In this document: positions 1 to 14,859 of the stretch, piece after piece
Numbering within the stretch: the stretch's first letter is position 1
Layout: the number at the start of each line of letters is the position of its first letter
DNA from: Macrostomum lignano
Taxonomy: Eukaryota
DNA length: 64,000 bases
Assembly: GCA_002269645.1 (NCBI GenBank)
Contig: NIVC01000363.1
Coordinates: forward strand, 434,001 to 498,000
Direction: 5' to 3'
Made by a program: the position numbers and the translations under genes
The notes under the pieces: generated by a model
The model's database searches: none
The model's input: only the letters and a program-made list of their open reading frames with translations
Told to the model about the DNA's origin: nothing

Positions 1-140
1 TTCGACACGGAGCCTGTTTATTTTCAGTCTGTATCTCAAAGCCAAGATGCGTCTTGCTCAAAGACACAAATAGTTTCAGTGGGATCGGAAACGAACCCCC
101 CCCCCGACCTTCAAGTCTGGCGATCTAACTATAGGCTATA
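1..140 (-). mobile_element. tRNA-derived SINE (5' part; runs off the window edge)
   Basis: Minus strand shows an A-box-like TAGCCTATAGTTAG (138-125) and a B-box-like GGTTCGTTTCC (97-87). These are followed by TGTGTCTTGAGCAAGACGC, which resembles a common SINE central motif. No complete tRNA cloverleaf. Confidence 0.45.
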
Positions 141-376
141 ACCCCTTCAATCTAATATATAAAGAACAAAGGACTTACTGATTGAGCTAAAATTAATTCT
201 TTGTAACGAAAACACTGGACAGTGCTTATTGCAATCGCTACTCAAAATATTTATTTAAAGCATACCGAATAAATTTGATTTGATCACATTTTATATGTAC
301 AAGGAAATTAGGCATTAGGCATATGATATTGCAGCGTTTGGCTATACTAATACATATTGTACATTTAGTACATTAA

Positions 377-401
377 CACACACACACACACACACACACA
401 C
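377..401. repeat. (AC)n microsatellite
   Basis: Direct read: acacacacacacacacacacacacac. Confidence 0.95.
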
Positions 402-1385
402 CGTATCTCTGCTTTGACTACCACAAGAAACGAGTGTTCATATAGAAAAAATGTCGATATTGAAATTTCGACTTAAAAACTCAAAGTATGCACGACCTAA
501 TAGATAAACAAATAATATATCCTTAAAGGCAGTGATACAATCATAAAAATCAAAGGAAGAAGTGTACTTTTCCTCAATTTGGAATAAAAAAGTATAATTA
601 AGGCTTGCCTTATACAGAATCTGCTGTCAGAATGAAAAGGCATTTCTTGGGTAACAAATAATAGTAGTCGGTAAAGTTTTCACGTGTGTCCCCGCAGAGA
701 CCACAAATACTCTGTCTACTATACTTTTAGAACTACTTTCTAGAATTGCTCTCCATACTACTAATGCCCATCTATTCAGTAGCAACTAAAGAAATTAGGA
801 ATAAGGAATGGATCTTAGCGAGAGAAAAAAGAACACGTGACCTTTTGGGTTGCATAGATGATAAATTTGGGAAAGCAGTCACGTGATGATATTTGTACGC
901 GAGTTAAATGTACATTTGGGGAATAGCTTGGGAATATTTTCTACGCGCGCTCGTTTTTCAGCCACCATTCAACGTCAAGCTACGAACTAAGTAAGCACTG
1001 TACCAACTACGAGCGTATACATTAAGCGACACGCACACAATATAAGTTCTTCAGCTAAGCTTAAACCCTTGCGGGGCACTTATGTGGAAGAGCAATAAAC
1101 TAAAATTGTTGGCTGGATAGACTAGACGCGCAGCTATCAAAGACTGTACGACTGATAATGTACATTGCTGCTTCAGGATGGGGTAATAAAAAGGGGGTGG
1201 GTTGGGAGTTTTCACTGATAGGCCAGATAAGCTAGGAATTGTCGGGAAGGAAAGTCAATTATACTACTTAACTGAAAGTAGCTTAATAGCGTATGGCCTG
1301 TGTTACAAATATCTTGCTCTTAATAAATTTTGTGGTCTGAACCGGGTACTAAAAAAAGTTCAGGTCAAGGGTCATTTCTTTGCGG

Positions 1386-4300
1386 TCACATGACGCTGCA
1401 GACTTGAGATGCCTTATCTCTGGCGTCCAATCCAGACAGGTCCAGCTGAGTAGCTCGTCGACGAGTACCTTCGACGTAGATGTCATGTCGAAATCGACCG
1501 TGAGCCAGTGGTATACTGCGGGGTCAAGGCATTGTGAGCCAGATGATGTTGTGTAATCTAGAGAGTACGAATGTATTGTCATTAGATGAAGCTGAGATTC
1601 TGGAGTGAGTTAGTTAGAATGTTGAAGCCCAAAACTTAGGGAATCTGGAATGATGATACTGCAATGATGAAGCTGAGATGATCTGAATATATTTAATTGA
1701 AATGATGAAGCTACAGATACTAGATATATTCGGTTGGAAGGATGGGTCTAGTGATTCTGAACTGAGAGCCATTTTGAGTAAGTTCTTCAACCTGTCAACC
1801 CCCGGCCTGATGGTGGCATTGATGACCGCATATACGGGTCGATGGTCTGAGCAGCGCAACTCTCGGATGCTGTTGTAGGCGGTCACCGTTGCGGTCCCGG
1901 GTCGTCTGCAGCGATAGAGAACTCGGTCCTGCAGGGCCAGAAATATCCAGAGAAATTTTTCTCATATATATACTTCATTGAATAATTGGTTTACCATCGT
2001 GATTTACAGTAAATTACAGCAGATTACAGTAGAATTAAACACAGTTGTACAGCACGAACAGCGGCAGCTCCCAACTTACAGTGTAGCTCGGCACGCGCTG
2101 TTTATTCGATGTGTCATACACATCGCTGTTGATATCGAACTTATACGTCGGCGGGAAGCGAATGTCGCCTTCGAGAAAGTTCTGAAAAATTTTCCCCTCA
2201 GCCTGGGCCATCTTCAGCTCGTCGCCGGCCGTCAGCGCGTCCGCAACGTCGGGCGGCACCTCGGCCGGGGACGTCGATGCGGTCAAGACGCGATCAACTC
2301 GCTGCCGATCGCCGTAGCCGGTGCGTACGCGGAAGTTTAAATCGCCCGACCAGATGACGTAATCGAAGCGTTCTGTGACGTCATTGCCTGGATTGAAGCG
2401 CGTTTTCTGTACGGGTTAATAATCTGCACTTTATTATAACGGTAGAAGATACAACTTTAGGAGGCGGATCTCTGTAGAATGACAAGTGAACGCGCCTAAA
2501 ATTGTTGGGTTTTACCTTTTTCTACTATTAAAACACACAACATCCTCTTATTCCTACTGCTAGTAGAGCACAAGAATGCTCAAAGATTAAAAATCAGAGT
2601 CACATGCACCATTTAGTTCCTCCATCATTGATGTTGACAAAAGACCTACTAAACTGCATCGATAATGCAGCTCACATGAATTGTGAACGAGACAAAACAG
2701 GTGTAAAACTGCTAAGTACATGCACAAGTCACAAGGGATTTAACAGGTTACTGGATTAGAAACCGACTCACTTTTACGAACGGGCTTAGTAAATTTTGGC
2801 AAATCTAACCGAGTTATGATCTTCTGGTAGTCGTGAATTCGCTTCTCAAAATTTGCGTCATCATCTGTGGAAGAAAGGTGCACAAGATACATGTGAGCAT
2901 AGATTAGTAAGTGCCGAGTTCGAATTCGCACAATGAGCAAATAGACAAATAGGCAAAAATACAAAATCTTACGCTTAAAATGCGAACTAATAAACAGCAT
3001 TGAAGTTCCAAACAGGGTGAAGCATATCGCCGCGCAGCCTTTCGTAGCCATGGCAACTCTGGTCGATAGGAAGCTGGTGTCGGGAACTGAAAACCGGACA
3101 ATTTCGTGAAATTGCATTGCAACAGCTACGCTGCTTCGAAAGGCACAGGATAAATCCCAGTCAGGATACAAAATAGGTAGACATTCACTATGCTGAATGT
3201 TCCTAACTCACCAGAGACAAACCAGATCAAATCGCGTCGCAGAAAGATAGCTAACAATAACGCTTTGTTACGGCAGAATTCGAACAGCACGTGATTCGGG
3301 CCAATCGTTGCCTGACAACGTAGCAGAAGCTCCTTGCTGTTGAGTAAAATTTAAAGGTAAGCTACATTCCAAATTCAGAAACTCATAAAGCCGTGAACTG
3401 AACAAACCATGACTTTGAAATTCATCTCAATGTACTCACATATCTGGCGTCACCTCTTGAAAGCAGAGAGCGTATACGTCTGGTACGTGCTCTTGATCAG
3501 GCGGGAATAGCAGCGACTCCAGCGACCGAGGATATGACTGTGGCAATTTTTTTCGAAGAATTGAAGTCTGTCCTTCAGTGTCGTAGAGTTCCTCAGTATC
3601 TATCTTGAGTCTCTCTTAGGATCCGCTTTACTATATCTATCATATTGCCCATCTTTGTGCGTTCTAATGCCTACTTGATGTACTTATATACGTCGCTTCA
3701 GTTGTCCCTGCCTACTGTCTGTTTTCATTCAAGGACGATTTTTTTACAATCTTAGTTAATCATACTGCAGATTAACTGTGCCAATTGTGATACTTTTAAG
3801 GCTCGTCGTACATTGCAGCAATCAAATAAGTCAAACCTACTTCGCACACCTTGTACATATTTTCGGTCACTTCGTGTATCAGTGTGATGTGATTTGATGG
3901 CTCCTTTTTAGGCAGTGTAAAGAGGTCATTCAGTCCACCCTCAAGGAGGGCTAAGTGTGCTAGTCCACCTATACTAAAATACTGATTACTGTGCCGAGTA
4001 ATTAGCAGATTTTAATTGATCTGCTTCAACTCAATCTGACACTCACTTTCGAGTCCAGACCGGCCATATTCCAGGTGACAGCCATGATATCGACTCGTCT
4101 ATCGGCAATTAATGCATCCAGTTGATCAGCACCCAGCAGGCCGTTGGCGCTCAGACTGCCGTGCAGGAAGGTCCGGTTGCGAACGTCGCTAACGGGAATT
4201 TTACGCATAGTTGACGACGCATTGGAGGCCAGCGAGCTCATGGAGCCGCGCGTGTCTGTCGGCACGTTGGCCAGCGATGTTGACGATTGAAATCGGCGCT

Positions 4301-5534
4301 GCTGCAGCCGGCCCAGGCGACTCGAACCCGAGTTGTCCCAGTCGTTCAGCCGGTCCAAGCCCAGGCTATTGTCGTCAGCGGCGGCGCTTGTGACTGCGGT
4401 CGACATCAGCATATCGGCTTGTGATTCGCTAGTCGATGCTAGATCCTGGTTGCGTGTGAAATCATCAGCATCAGTTAAAAATTCAAGATCAAGTAAAATA
4501 CCAACATCTCTTAACCTTCATTTAATACTGCATGCAGTGCTGAGCCTTTCTGGCCCACAGAAGTTGCAGACTCTGCCGACTCCATGTTTACAGATTACTC
4601 AAATTTAACAATGAATCGAAGTTTTTAGATCCGAAAAAAAACTATAAAATGTTGATTCTTCAAATGTACGAGCGTAGTACGAATTATAGATGATGCAATA
4701 AATTACGAGTAAATAGCATTCAGCTTGTTGCAAATTTTCACCGCCGCAATTTGACCGGGATTTTTGGGAACAGACTGTAAAGTATACATGTATAGTATAC
4801 AGACTATAAAAAGTACAAATAGACTGTAAAATTTCAATGCTGAAAACGAAGTATAATTTTTAGCCCTTTCTGAGCATCGGATCTTTTTTGCTGCTTTGGC
4901 TTAGGGCTTAGAACAAAATGTAATGAACTAGCAGTAGCTGGTAGTGAATGGATACAAATGTCAACGAATATAAATGAAAATTACAGTCAAAATAAAAAAA
5001 AATATTTTTCGGTGAAATTGTCGGCGGTGAAATTGTGCCAGTAAATTGTCGTAGAACCGTTAAAATCATTGGAGGCGATTCTGAACTTGGAGTTTGCTTG
5101 GCTAATATGCTTGATATTCAGGGTGGCTACAAGCTGAAACTGCACTTGAAGATTTTAACAAACGCACAAACCTGCGAACTAATGCTGCGCTTCATGCTGC
5201 TGCCCAGTCGAACAACGCCGCCGGTGGTGCCGCCTTCATCCTCGACTGCAGGCTGCTGCTCTTTGCGACGACTGAGCAACCTGCTGCCACCAGCCTTCGG
5301 CGCTGGAGGCGGCAAACCCGCACCCGGGTTGGTGCCGGGCGATTTCAACGCTTCGTCGCCGCCACAGCCGGATGTCCCGCCGACGCTGCGAAGACTGGCA
5401 TTTGATGCCGTTGGCGAAGCGATGAGGCCGCGTTTTTCGGCGAGGCGAGACAGTCCAGAACGGCGTTGCCGACTAGAGCGTGGCGTTTCATCCTCGACAT
5501 CGACTTCGGTGGTAGAGAAAGATTTTTCTGACAT
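1386..5534 (-). CDS. INPP5E: Inositol polyphosphate 5-phosphatase E (ciliary, C-terminal CaaX), 9 coding exons, ~588 aa
   Basis: Exons 5534-5172, 4445-4047, 3537-3440, 3336-3212, 3086-2973, 2864-2772, 2387-2080, 1928-1792, 1515-1386. All introns are GT-AG, phases are consistent, total 1767 nt. Motifs: VTWNM, FQE, FLRRDLIWF, TKGCAAICFTLFGTSMLFISSHF, WSGDLNFR, PPTYKFD, RVPSYTDRVLY, SDHRPVY, IPLAHGRF. Ends CSVM* (prenylation box, as in vertebrate INPP5E CSVS). Confidence 0.95.
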
Positions 5535-8500
5535 CACTAGGTGACGTGAGGTGCTTATTCAGGTGCTGAAGGTGTAAAAATAATTCTATATATTTGATGA
5601 GGAAAAAAAATCGATTGTCTTTAAGGCATATTATTTGTTAGCTATTAAACGCTAAAAAATCACATTATAAAAATATTATAAGACTGCAAGCAGCTAATCG
5701 TTTAGTTATCCTGACAGTAAAGTTGCTTCTAGATTTTTCCAGCCTGTCGATAGCTGCAAGCAATGTTTACTTTCTCTATTTTCTCTATAGCCCGTTGTGT
5801 CACCATTAAGGCCTTAAATAAAATATATTTATCGCTTAAATTAAAACAGTATTTAAATTATTTATTGAATTCATGAAAATGAGCAAAACACAATCCTGAA
5901 TGATTGAGCAGAGCTCTTTTGTAATAAAATACTTTGTTGAATGATACATCATGATCATTAACATAATAAAAATGCAGTATTTTTTAAAACGATTAACAAT
6001 CCTTTAAGCGAATGGATTAATTCATAAAACATTTCACTAAAACTGGAATACCATTTTCAGTGGATGCATGATGAAGGATCCAATCAAATTCCCCACGTGT
6101 CAAGTTGTTTTTGTTGAATTGGCCATATAAAATGGACTGGATCTTAATCCAGGCTTGATTCATTACTGTAGTTCTAACTGAGACTACATGAAGTACAATA
6201 AAAACGTTTTTCGCACCCACCAATTAAAAAAACGTAATTAAAAATGAAATAAGAAGATCAAGCAATAGTCGCAGTAGCAGTTAATAATGGATAAAATCGC
6301 CTAGAATTTCCAAACCAAATCGACTCCAGCTTTTGCTTACTGTCACAATAGATGCAGTAGTAATTAAAAAAATAATATTTATTACAGATATTTGCTTTTA
6401 ATCTTAAAAAACTGTACGAAAATGCTCTCTGTACCTAATTGTATATATTGTTTGTTATAATTCTGCAAATGTCAGGATCTAGCGGGTCGACTATTTTGAT
6501 TCAGCAGACTAATCGTCATCACATTTGAGTTATATTATAGCTACTTAGAATTAGTGATTAGCATTTGTGAGGTATGATATCACTCATTGCTAAATCAATC
6601 TTTTTTAACTAGCAACTAACTTTAAAATAAAAAATGCAAAGTTTGTACGATTTACTCTCAATATAATTAATTATAAACGATTAGGCCTATTTAATTAAAA
6701 ATAGGGGGCCTACTTTAGTTTCGGCTTCGGGCTAGTAGGGCCTAGGGCTTAGCCTTAGGTTAGGCTTAAGGAAGCCTACCTGCATGTCATAACTACACTA
6801 CTCTGTACATCTACATTACATAGGCCTATACAGTAGTGCTAGGTAGGACAATGTAGGAAAAAAGAAAATGGTAGGCCTATAAGAAAAGATGGTAGGCCTA
6901 GAAATGAGAATTGTAAAAAAAGAAAAAAGAGAAAAGGAAAGAGAAGAAAGAAGAGAAAAAATGACAATAAAAGGAATCAAACTGATATGCATTGACCCTA
7001 TTGAATATTATAGTCTATAATTATAGATATATTCTATAAAACATTATTCATGGTTGCATTCTGTTGCTATAGTCGTATAGACATAGTAGGTAATAGCCAA
7101 TAGCAAAAGGTCTAAATGCCTAATGCTATAATAGCACATTATAGCAAGGAAGGAAGTTATAGAAAGTTTACTAGATATAGATAGTCTATAGAAAAAAAAC
7201 TAAGACATGGCTAGGCCTATATAGAAAACATTTTGTTTGGCAATCTTTTACTTTACTGTGTTTAATTTTTTAATGGTTCTTTTTAAATTTCAGAACATAA
7301 AGATGGTAGGAAGATAAAAGCTAAGTGTCTTTAAGTGCTTTTCTGCGTCCTGCAGGTCGGACATGCCCAGGCATAGCCATCAACAAATTGGGTTCCATCC
7401 CGCCTCTATAGCCGCATGGTTAGAGCCTCAGGGCATCATTCACACGCCCGAGAATTTCATAGTAGCCCGTAGGTGGCCAGCCAGCGAATAGTTTGCTAGC
7501 TGTTAGATGTCAGTAGCACAAGCTCGCGTAATGTGACGTCAATGTCGTACAGCTTGGCTACTGGCCTTAGATTGGTCTTAGGCATAATCGTAGTGGGCGC
7601 AGAGGGCCTTCCAGCCATCACTCCATCCGTAAGTTGGCTGAAATGAGAAAGAAAAATGAAAAATAATTAAACGCAATAAAGTAAAAGATTGCCTTTTGTT
7701 TCAGTAAGGCAAAGAACTCTTAAAAGATTACAAGGCCTAAAGCCTAGTAGAAAAAAGGTAATAAACCAAATAGGCCTAGCAGACAAAATCACTAATAACT
7801 TGGCAAATAGACCTAATGGTTATGTAGGCTAGTATATATAATGCCTAATGGTGTAAGACCAAGATAGCCACACACCAAGATGGCTACAACATTGAATATT
7901 TAATAGGCCCCTATATCTACTCTCTTTTTCTATCTATCATTAATTAGCAATAAAATATAATATATTAAATTATTTTTGTTTAATCAATTATATTCATAAA
8001 TACTAATACAATAATAGATTTGAAACTAATTAGGCCTACTTATAATACAAAACCTTTAATCTTTTTTAGTGTTTGTGCCAATTTATTCTCTATCATTACA
8101 TCTATCAAATCTATCATGATCTGTTTATTAAGAAACTATTGCTAATGATAATGCTAGCTATGCAAATAATTAGGATAAATATATGAATGTCATAGGGTAG
8201 GCCTATTTATTTTGTGCTAGGTTACTTGCTTCATATAGTGCATAGTGGATAAATAGATAGGCCTCTATAGGTCAGGCTACAATAAAAGCTAGGCCTAGGC
8301 CTAAGTCCAAAGGGAATGATTATATTTATAATACAATTCTATTATAACATCTATTTTCCTTATTACTAAAAAAGGAGTTAAATATATGTACCTAGTCTTA
8401 TTATTATCTATTTAGACATTTAGAGCTGTGGCCATCTTGGTATGTGGCCATCTTGGTCATGCGCCTAGCCTATATAATAACCTTTTGTATATATAACTAA

Positions 8501-9504
8501 GCTGTTTTTTATTTGCAAATAAGTTTCCCATTATAAATAGTTATCTAATTTTTTTTGAAAAAAGGAGCTATTGCCTACTAAAGCCAAGCTAAGTCTGAAC
8601 CTAGCCTGTCTTATCTTTAGTCTATTAAAAAGAAATTTCTAATAGTGCTAATGAGGGTTTACCTAGTATTTAATAGTGCCAGGTCAATTTGCTAGTTATG
8701 TTGGTCATAAGTATAATTAGCTGGCTATAATTTGTGGCATTTGCAAAGTGCTCTATAGTGCATGATTTGGCTAGGCAGTTGCTAATGCTGTAGTACAAAC
8801 TGCTAATCAGCAAGGTTGATAGCAATTGCAGGCAAGGCAAGTTCATCCAGGCCAACTAGGTCTTGAAGAATGCATCTAATAGAGCCTCCAAAGCATTCCA
8901 CTGGTATTTGGCATTCTAAAACAAGCTTTGTAGACATTTTAATGACCTTGTTAGTAAATTATAGGCCAAGCTCTCCATTGTTTCAATGTAAAACAAAGCA
9001 GCTTCATCTTGCAGCAACTATGAAGCCAGCTTCAATGAACAGACATGCCCAACACTTGTTTGACCCATCTAAACTAGATGGGTAAAAGGGCTGCCAGCCA
9101 AAGTAAGTCCCAAAATCGAAAACACAAAAAATGAAAAATGAAAAGAAAAAAAAAGGAAAGGAAGAGAAAAGGAAAAGAAAAGAAGAAGAAAAAAAGAGAA
9201 AAGAAAGAAGAAAGAGAAAGAAAAGAAAAAAAGAGAAAAAGGCAAGAAAAGTCATAGAAAGTGAAAATTAAGTTGCAATCAAGAGGAACAAGGCGCAATT
9301 AGGAGGAACTAAGTCACAAATCTGGACAAAACAAAGTTGCACCAGATGGGTGAAATTTTAAGGTTGGGCATATATGAGCTTCAGGCTACTATGCAAGTCA
9401 TAAACCTTAAACTATAGTTTAAGAATGGCTTACCTGATAGTCTTATTTCCTTGCTGCTGCTGACTCAGCTTTTGCACCCACCTACAAAGCTCATTTTTAG
9501 GGTC

Positions 9505-10265
9505 TACAACATTTGCCTATCAAATATTTGCTAGCCAAAGTTTGCCAGTGGGACATTTGCCAGCCAATGTTTGTTAGCCACATTTGCCAGCCAACATTTG
9601 TAGGCAGTAAATAATTAAAATTATGCCCTCTGGCCTCTATTGACACTATAAGCTTATATTTACTTGCATTTGAAAACTGCAGACATAGCACCAATCTAAC
9701 TGCACCTTACTTCATACTATATTGCTACTAAATATATATGTATAAGTTACTATTACTAACAAACTACTCTCACTAGAAAGCTCCTTGTCTTCTTGATATT
9801 TTGGGTAGATTTTATGAGAAAGTTGCTACTAATTGTAGTAATAGGTGCCAAAGCAACTGATGTAACCAAAACTATCCAAACTAGCAACTTTTTATCTCAG
9901 TGGCCAAACTTTTATACCTATGAATAACTATAAAAAAGTTGGACTAAAAATAGTTTTTGCCATACTACTAAATTTTAGTATCAATTTTTTCAGTGACTTA
10001 TGTTATGTTGGCTAGCAAACATCACTATGCCACACTTTTGTTAGTAATCTGTATATTTAGGAGCAGTATAATAGGGAGCAACGGGTTAGATTGGTTCTAT
10101 GTTTGCAGTTTTTAAATGCAAGTACATGTAAGCCTAGAGAGAGCATGATTCTTTAACTAATTATTGCCTACAAATGTCTAGCTGGCAAACATCAGTTGGC
10201 AAATGTCTTGCTAGCAAATATTGGATAGCAAATGTTGGCTGGCAAATGTCTAGCAGGCAAAGGTC
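9505..10265. mobile_element. Degenerate foldback/MITE-like element with subterminal repeats (arms ~9505-9612 and ~10160-10265)
   Basis: Left arm catttgcctatcaaatatttgctagc...catttgtaggcagtaa is the approximate reverse complement of right arm ttattgcctacaaatg...gctagcaaatattggatagcaaatg. Both arms are built from (t/c)ggcaaatgt-like units. Confidence 0.5.
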
Positions 10266-11018
10266 ATTATCCCCATTTATTGTGCCTTACAGCTTGCTAA
10301 TAGTCTTTTGCTTCTTGGAGATAGTCCTATAGCACTTGGCTAATATCATATCCAATCAAATATACTAAAAATGAAAAAATTGTATATCATATCCAATCTA
10401 ATATACTAAAAATCAAAATCAGATATACTAAAAATGAAAACTATATATATATATGTCAATTAGTGCCATGTAAAATAGCCATCTTCTCGTCGTTTAGGCG
10501 AATGCATTGTCTGATTTTCTTCAAATTTGCACCATTCGATCACAAATCGAATATACTAAAAATCAAAAAATTGTATATGTGTGAGATAGATTTCAGAAAA
10601 AATGGCTCAACCAATTTTCTTCAAACTTGCACCATTCGATCAAAAATTTTCCTACGACAGTACATGCATCTTGGCTAAGAAATTGCTCAATGTTAAAGGG
10701 ATTAAATATTTGAAAAACATGCTTTTTTGCAAAGGCCAAGCAGCTCTTTTGACCTGAAATGCTTTGTAAAAATGCTAGAGAAAAAAACTGACTGACTGAA
10801 TTTCAATTCTGATAAAGATTGCATCATACCAAGTTGAAAAAAGTGCCAAAGAAATGTACACATGACTTGATTTAAATTGTGTAACCAATATTGCTAACTT
10901 GAATTGAGACTGATATTGGCTGACTAAGAAATTGATTATGTCTTAACTTTTTACCCTAACCAACTTGCTGTAAGTATTGAATTATAAAGGCCACAATTCA
11001 TATTCTCCAATTGAAAAG

Positions 11019-11085
11019 AGATAGCCTAGATGCGAACAGACTGGACTGCTAATGTAGCGACCTGGGTTTGAATCTAAGTAGTGCA
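11019..11085 (+). mobile_element. Decayed tRNA-like SINE head
   Basis: tagcctagatgcg...gactgctaat...gggtttgaatct resembles A-box, anticodon arm and B-box, with CpG decay in the B-box. Confidence 0.3.
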
Positions 11086-11734
11086 TAATAATATTTTGGA
11101 CATATTTGGAAAATAGAAAAAAGTCAATATTTTTGCTTGTCATTGCCTTATCAGCCAATTTTTTACCAAATCTTTTTGTATGTAATGTATACAATCTAAG
11201 AATAAATAAATGATAAAATGTGTGATTAGTATGTTATGAATTGGCAAAAAGTTATTTTTGTAAAAAATTGGACATTTTCTAAGCAAAAGACATCATTAAG
11301 TTTATCTACCTTTTAAAAACAAATAGAAAGCTTTAGAAGGTTAAAACAAACTATATATAAAATTATAGTACTTGCTTTGAGTTTATATATTCTAATAAAA
11401 GAGTATGACTTCTAAAGATGTTCTTAGTCAAAATTAAAAAAAAATTATTGCAAATTATCAAAAATGAAAAATGTTATAAGACTTTTACCTTTTAGTTTCT
11501 ATATGTCAAAAATCCTATTGTTATGACCATAAGTGTGATTCAAGGTTTAATAGCATCTATACTAATGATGATATCTATATGAAACTTTATAAACATATTC
11601 TTGACTAAATAATCTTTCATTCAAAATATTGGTTTAGTATATTCTATTATTAGATTTAATTTTATAAGTAAAAATAGTCTGTCATGTTACGACCATAATT
11701 ATATAGAATGGCCCTAAACACAAAAGAAGCGCAA

Positions 11735-14700
11735 TGTCAAACATAAAAATGGTACCATGTCAAACATTAAAGAACTACCATTTCAAACATAAAAGAGCCA
11801 CCATGTCAATCATAAAAGAGCCACCATGTCAGACATAAAAGAGCCACTATGTCAAACATAAAAGAGCCACCATGTCGAACATTAAAGAGCCACTATATCA
11901 AACATGAAAGAGCCACCATGTCAAACATATATGTGACTCCATGTTGATCATTAAAGAGCCACCATGTCAAACAATAAAGAGCCACCATGTCAATCATTAA
12001 AGAGCCACCATGTCAAACATTAAAGAGCCACCATGTCGATCATTAAAGAGCCACCATGTCAAACATTAAAGAGCCACCATGTCGATCATTAAAGAGCCAC
12101 CATGTCAAATATTAAAGATCCACGATGTCAATCATTAAAGAGCCACCATGTCAAAAATAGAAAAGTCACCATGTCAAACATTAAAGTGCAACCATGTCAA
12201 ACATAGAAAAGCCACCATGTCAACATTAAAAAGCTACCATGTCAAACATAAAAGAGCCACAATGTCGAACATTGAAGAGCCACCATGTTAAACATAAAAG
12301 AGCCACCATGTCAAACATATACGTGACTCCATGTTGATCATTAAAGAGCCACCATGTCAAACAATAAAGAGCCACCATGTCAATCATTAAAGAGCCACCA
12401 TGTCAAACATTAAAGAGCCACTATGTCAAACATAAAAGAGCCACCATGTCAAACATTAAAGAGCCACTATATCAAACATAAAAGAGCCACCATGTCAAAC
12501 ATATATGTGACTCCATGTTGATCATTAAAGAGCCACCATGTCAAACAATAAAGAGCCACCATGTCAAACAATAAAGAGCCACCATGTCGATCATTAAAGA
12601 GCCACCATGTCAAACAATAAAGAGCCACCATGTCGATCATTAAAGAGCCACCATGTCAAACATTAAAGAGCCACCATGTTGATCATTAAAGAGCCACCAT
12701 GTCAAACATTAAAGAGCCACCATGTCAATCATTAAAGAGCCACCATGTCAAACATTAAAGAGCCACCATGTCAAACATATATGTGACTCCATGTTGATCA
12801 TTAAAGAGCCACCATGTCAAACAATAAAGAGCCACCATGTCAATCATTAAAGAGCCACCATGTCAAAAATTAAAAAGCCACCATGTCGATCATTAAAGAG
12901 CCACTATGTCAAACATAAAAGAGCCACTATGTCAAACATTAAAGAGCCACTATGTCAAACATTAAAGAGCCACCATGTTGATCATTAAAGAGCCACCATG
13001 TCAAACATTAAAGAGCCACCATGTTGATCATTAAAGAGCCACCATGTCAAACAATAAAGAGCCACCATGTCAAACATAGAAGAGCCACAATGTCAACCTT
13101 AAAGAGCTACTATGTCAAACATAAAAGAGCCACCATGTCAAACATTGAAGAGCCACCATGTCGAACATAAAAGAGCCACCATGTCAAACATATACGTGAC
13201 TCCATGTTGATCATTAAAGAGCCACCATGTCAAACAATAAAGAGCCACCATGTCAATCATTAAAGAGCCACCATGTCAAACATTAAAGAGCCACCATGTC
13301 AAACATTAAAGAGCCACCATGTTGATCATTAAAGAGCCACCATGTCAATCATTAAAGAGCCACCATGTCAAACATATATGTGACTCTATGTCAAACATAG
13401 AAGAGACACCATGTCAAACATAGAGGAGTCACCATGTCAAAAATAGAAAAGTCACCATGTCAAACATTAAAGTGCAACCATGTCAAACATAGAAGAGCCA
13501 CCATGTCAACCTTAAAGAGCTACCATGTCAAACATAGAGGAGTCACAATGTCAAAAATAGAAAAGTCACCATGTCAAACATATACGTGACTCCATGTCAA
13601 ACATATACATGACTCCATGTCAAACATATACGTGACTCCATGTCAAACATATATGTGACTCCATGTCAAATATATATGTGACTCCATGTTGATCATTAAA
13701 GAGCCACCATGTCAAACAATAAAGAGCCACCATGTCAATCATTAAAGAGCCACCATGTCAAACATTAAAGAGCCACCATGTCGATCATTAAAGAGCCACC
13801 ATGTCAAACATATACGTGACTCCATGTCAAACATATACATGACTCCATGTCAAACATATATGTGACTCCATGTCAAACATATACGTGACTCCATGTTGAT
13901 CATTAAAGAGCCACCATGTCAAACAATAAAGAGCCACCATGTCAATCATTAAAGAGCCACCATGTCAAACATTAAAGAGCCACCATGTCGATCATTAAAG
14001 AGCCACCATGTCGATCATTAAAGAGCCACCATGTCAAACATTAAAGAGCCACCATATCGATCATTAAAGAGCCACCATGTCAAACATTAAAGAGCCACCA
14101 TGTTGATCATTAAAGAGCCCACCATGTCAAACATTAAAGAGCCACCATGTTGATCATCAAAGAGCCACCATGTCAAAAATAGAAAAGTCACCATGTCAAA
14201 CATTAAAGTGCAACCATATCAAACATAGAAGAGCCACCATGTCAACCTTAAAGAGCTACCATGTCAAACATAAAAGAGCCACCATGTTGAACATTGAAGA
14301 GCCACCATGTTGAACATTGAAGAGCCACCATGTCGAACATATACGTGACTCCATGTTGATCATTAAAGAGCCACCATGTCAAACAATAAAGAGCCACTAT
14401 GTCAATCATTAAAGAGCCACCATGTCAAACATTAAAGAGCCACCATGTCAAACATTAAAGAGCCACCATGTCGATCATTAAAGAGCCACCATGTCAAACA
14501 TTAAAGAGCCACCATGTCAAACATATACGTGACTCCATGTCAAACATAGAAGAGACACCATGTCAAACATAGAGGAGTCACCATGTCAAAAATAGAAAAG
14601 TCACCATGTCAAACATTAAAGTGCAACCATGTCAAACATAGAAGAGCCACCATGTCAACCTTAAAGAGCTACCATGTCAAACATAGAAGAGCCACCTTGT

Positions 14701-14790
14701 CAAACATTGAAGAGCCACCATGTCAAACATTGAAGAGCCACCATGTCAAACATTAAAGAGCCACCATTTCAAACATAAAAGAAGCGTCAT
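11735..14790. repeat. ~3-kb minisatellite, 23-bp unit AAAGAGCCACCATGTCAAACATT, ~130 units with higher-order variant blocks
   Basis: Direct read. Recurring variant units include TGTCGATCATT/TGTTGATCATT/TGTCAATCATT, ATATACGTGACTCC and AGAAAAGTCACC. Confidence 0.97.
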
Positions 14791-14859
14791 GCCAAACAAA
14801 ATAGAACCACTATAAAGCTAAAGAAATTGTTGCATTAGCTACTTGTTCTCTGGTGGATG

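Noticed and set aside
9004-9298. Phe/Leu/Ser-rich membrane-protein-like ORFs
   Set aside because: Reverse translation of an A/G-rich simple-sequence tract.
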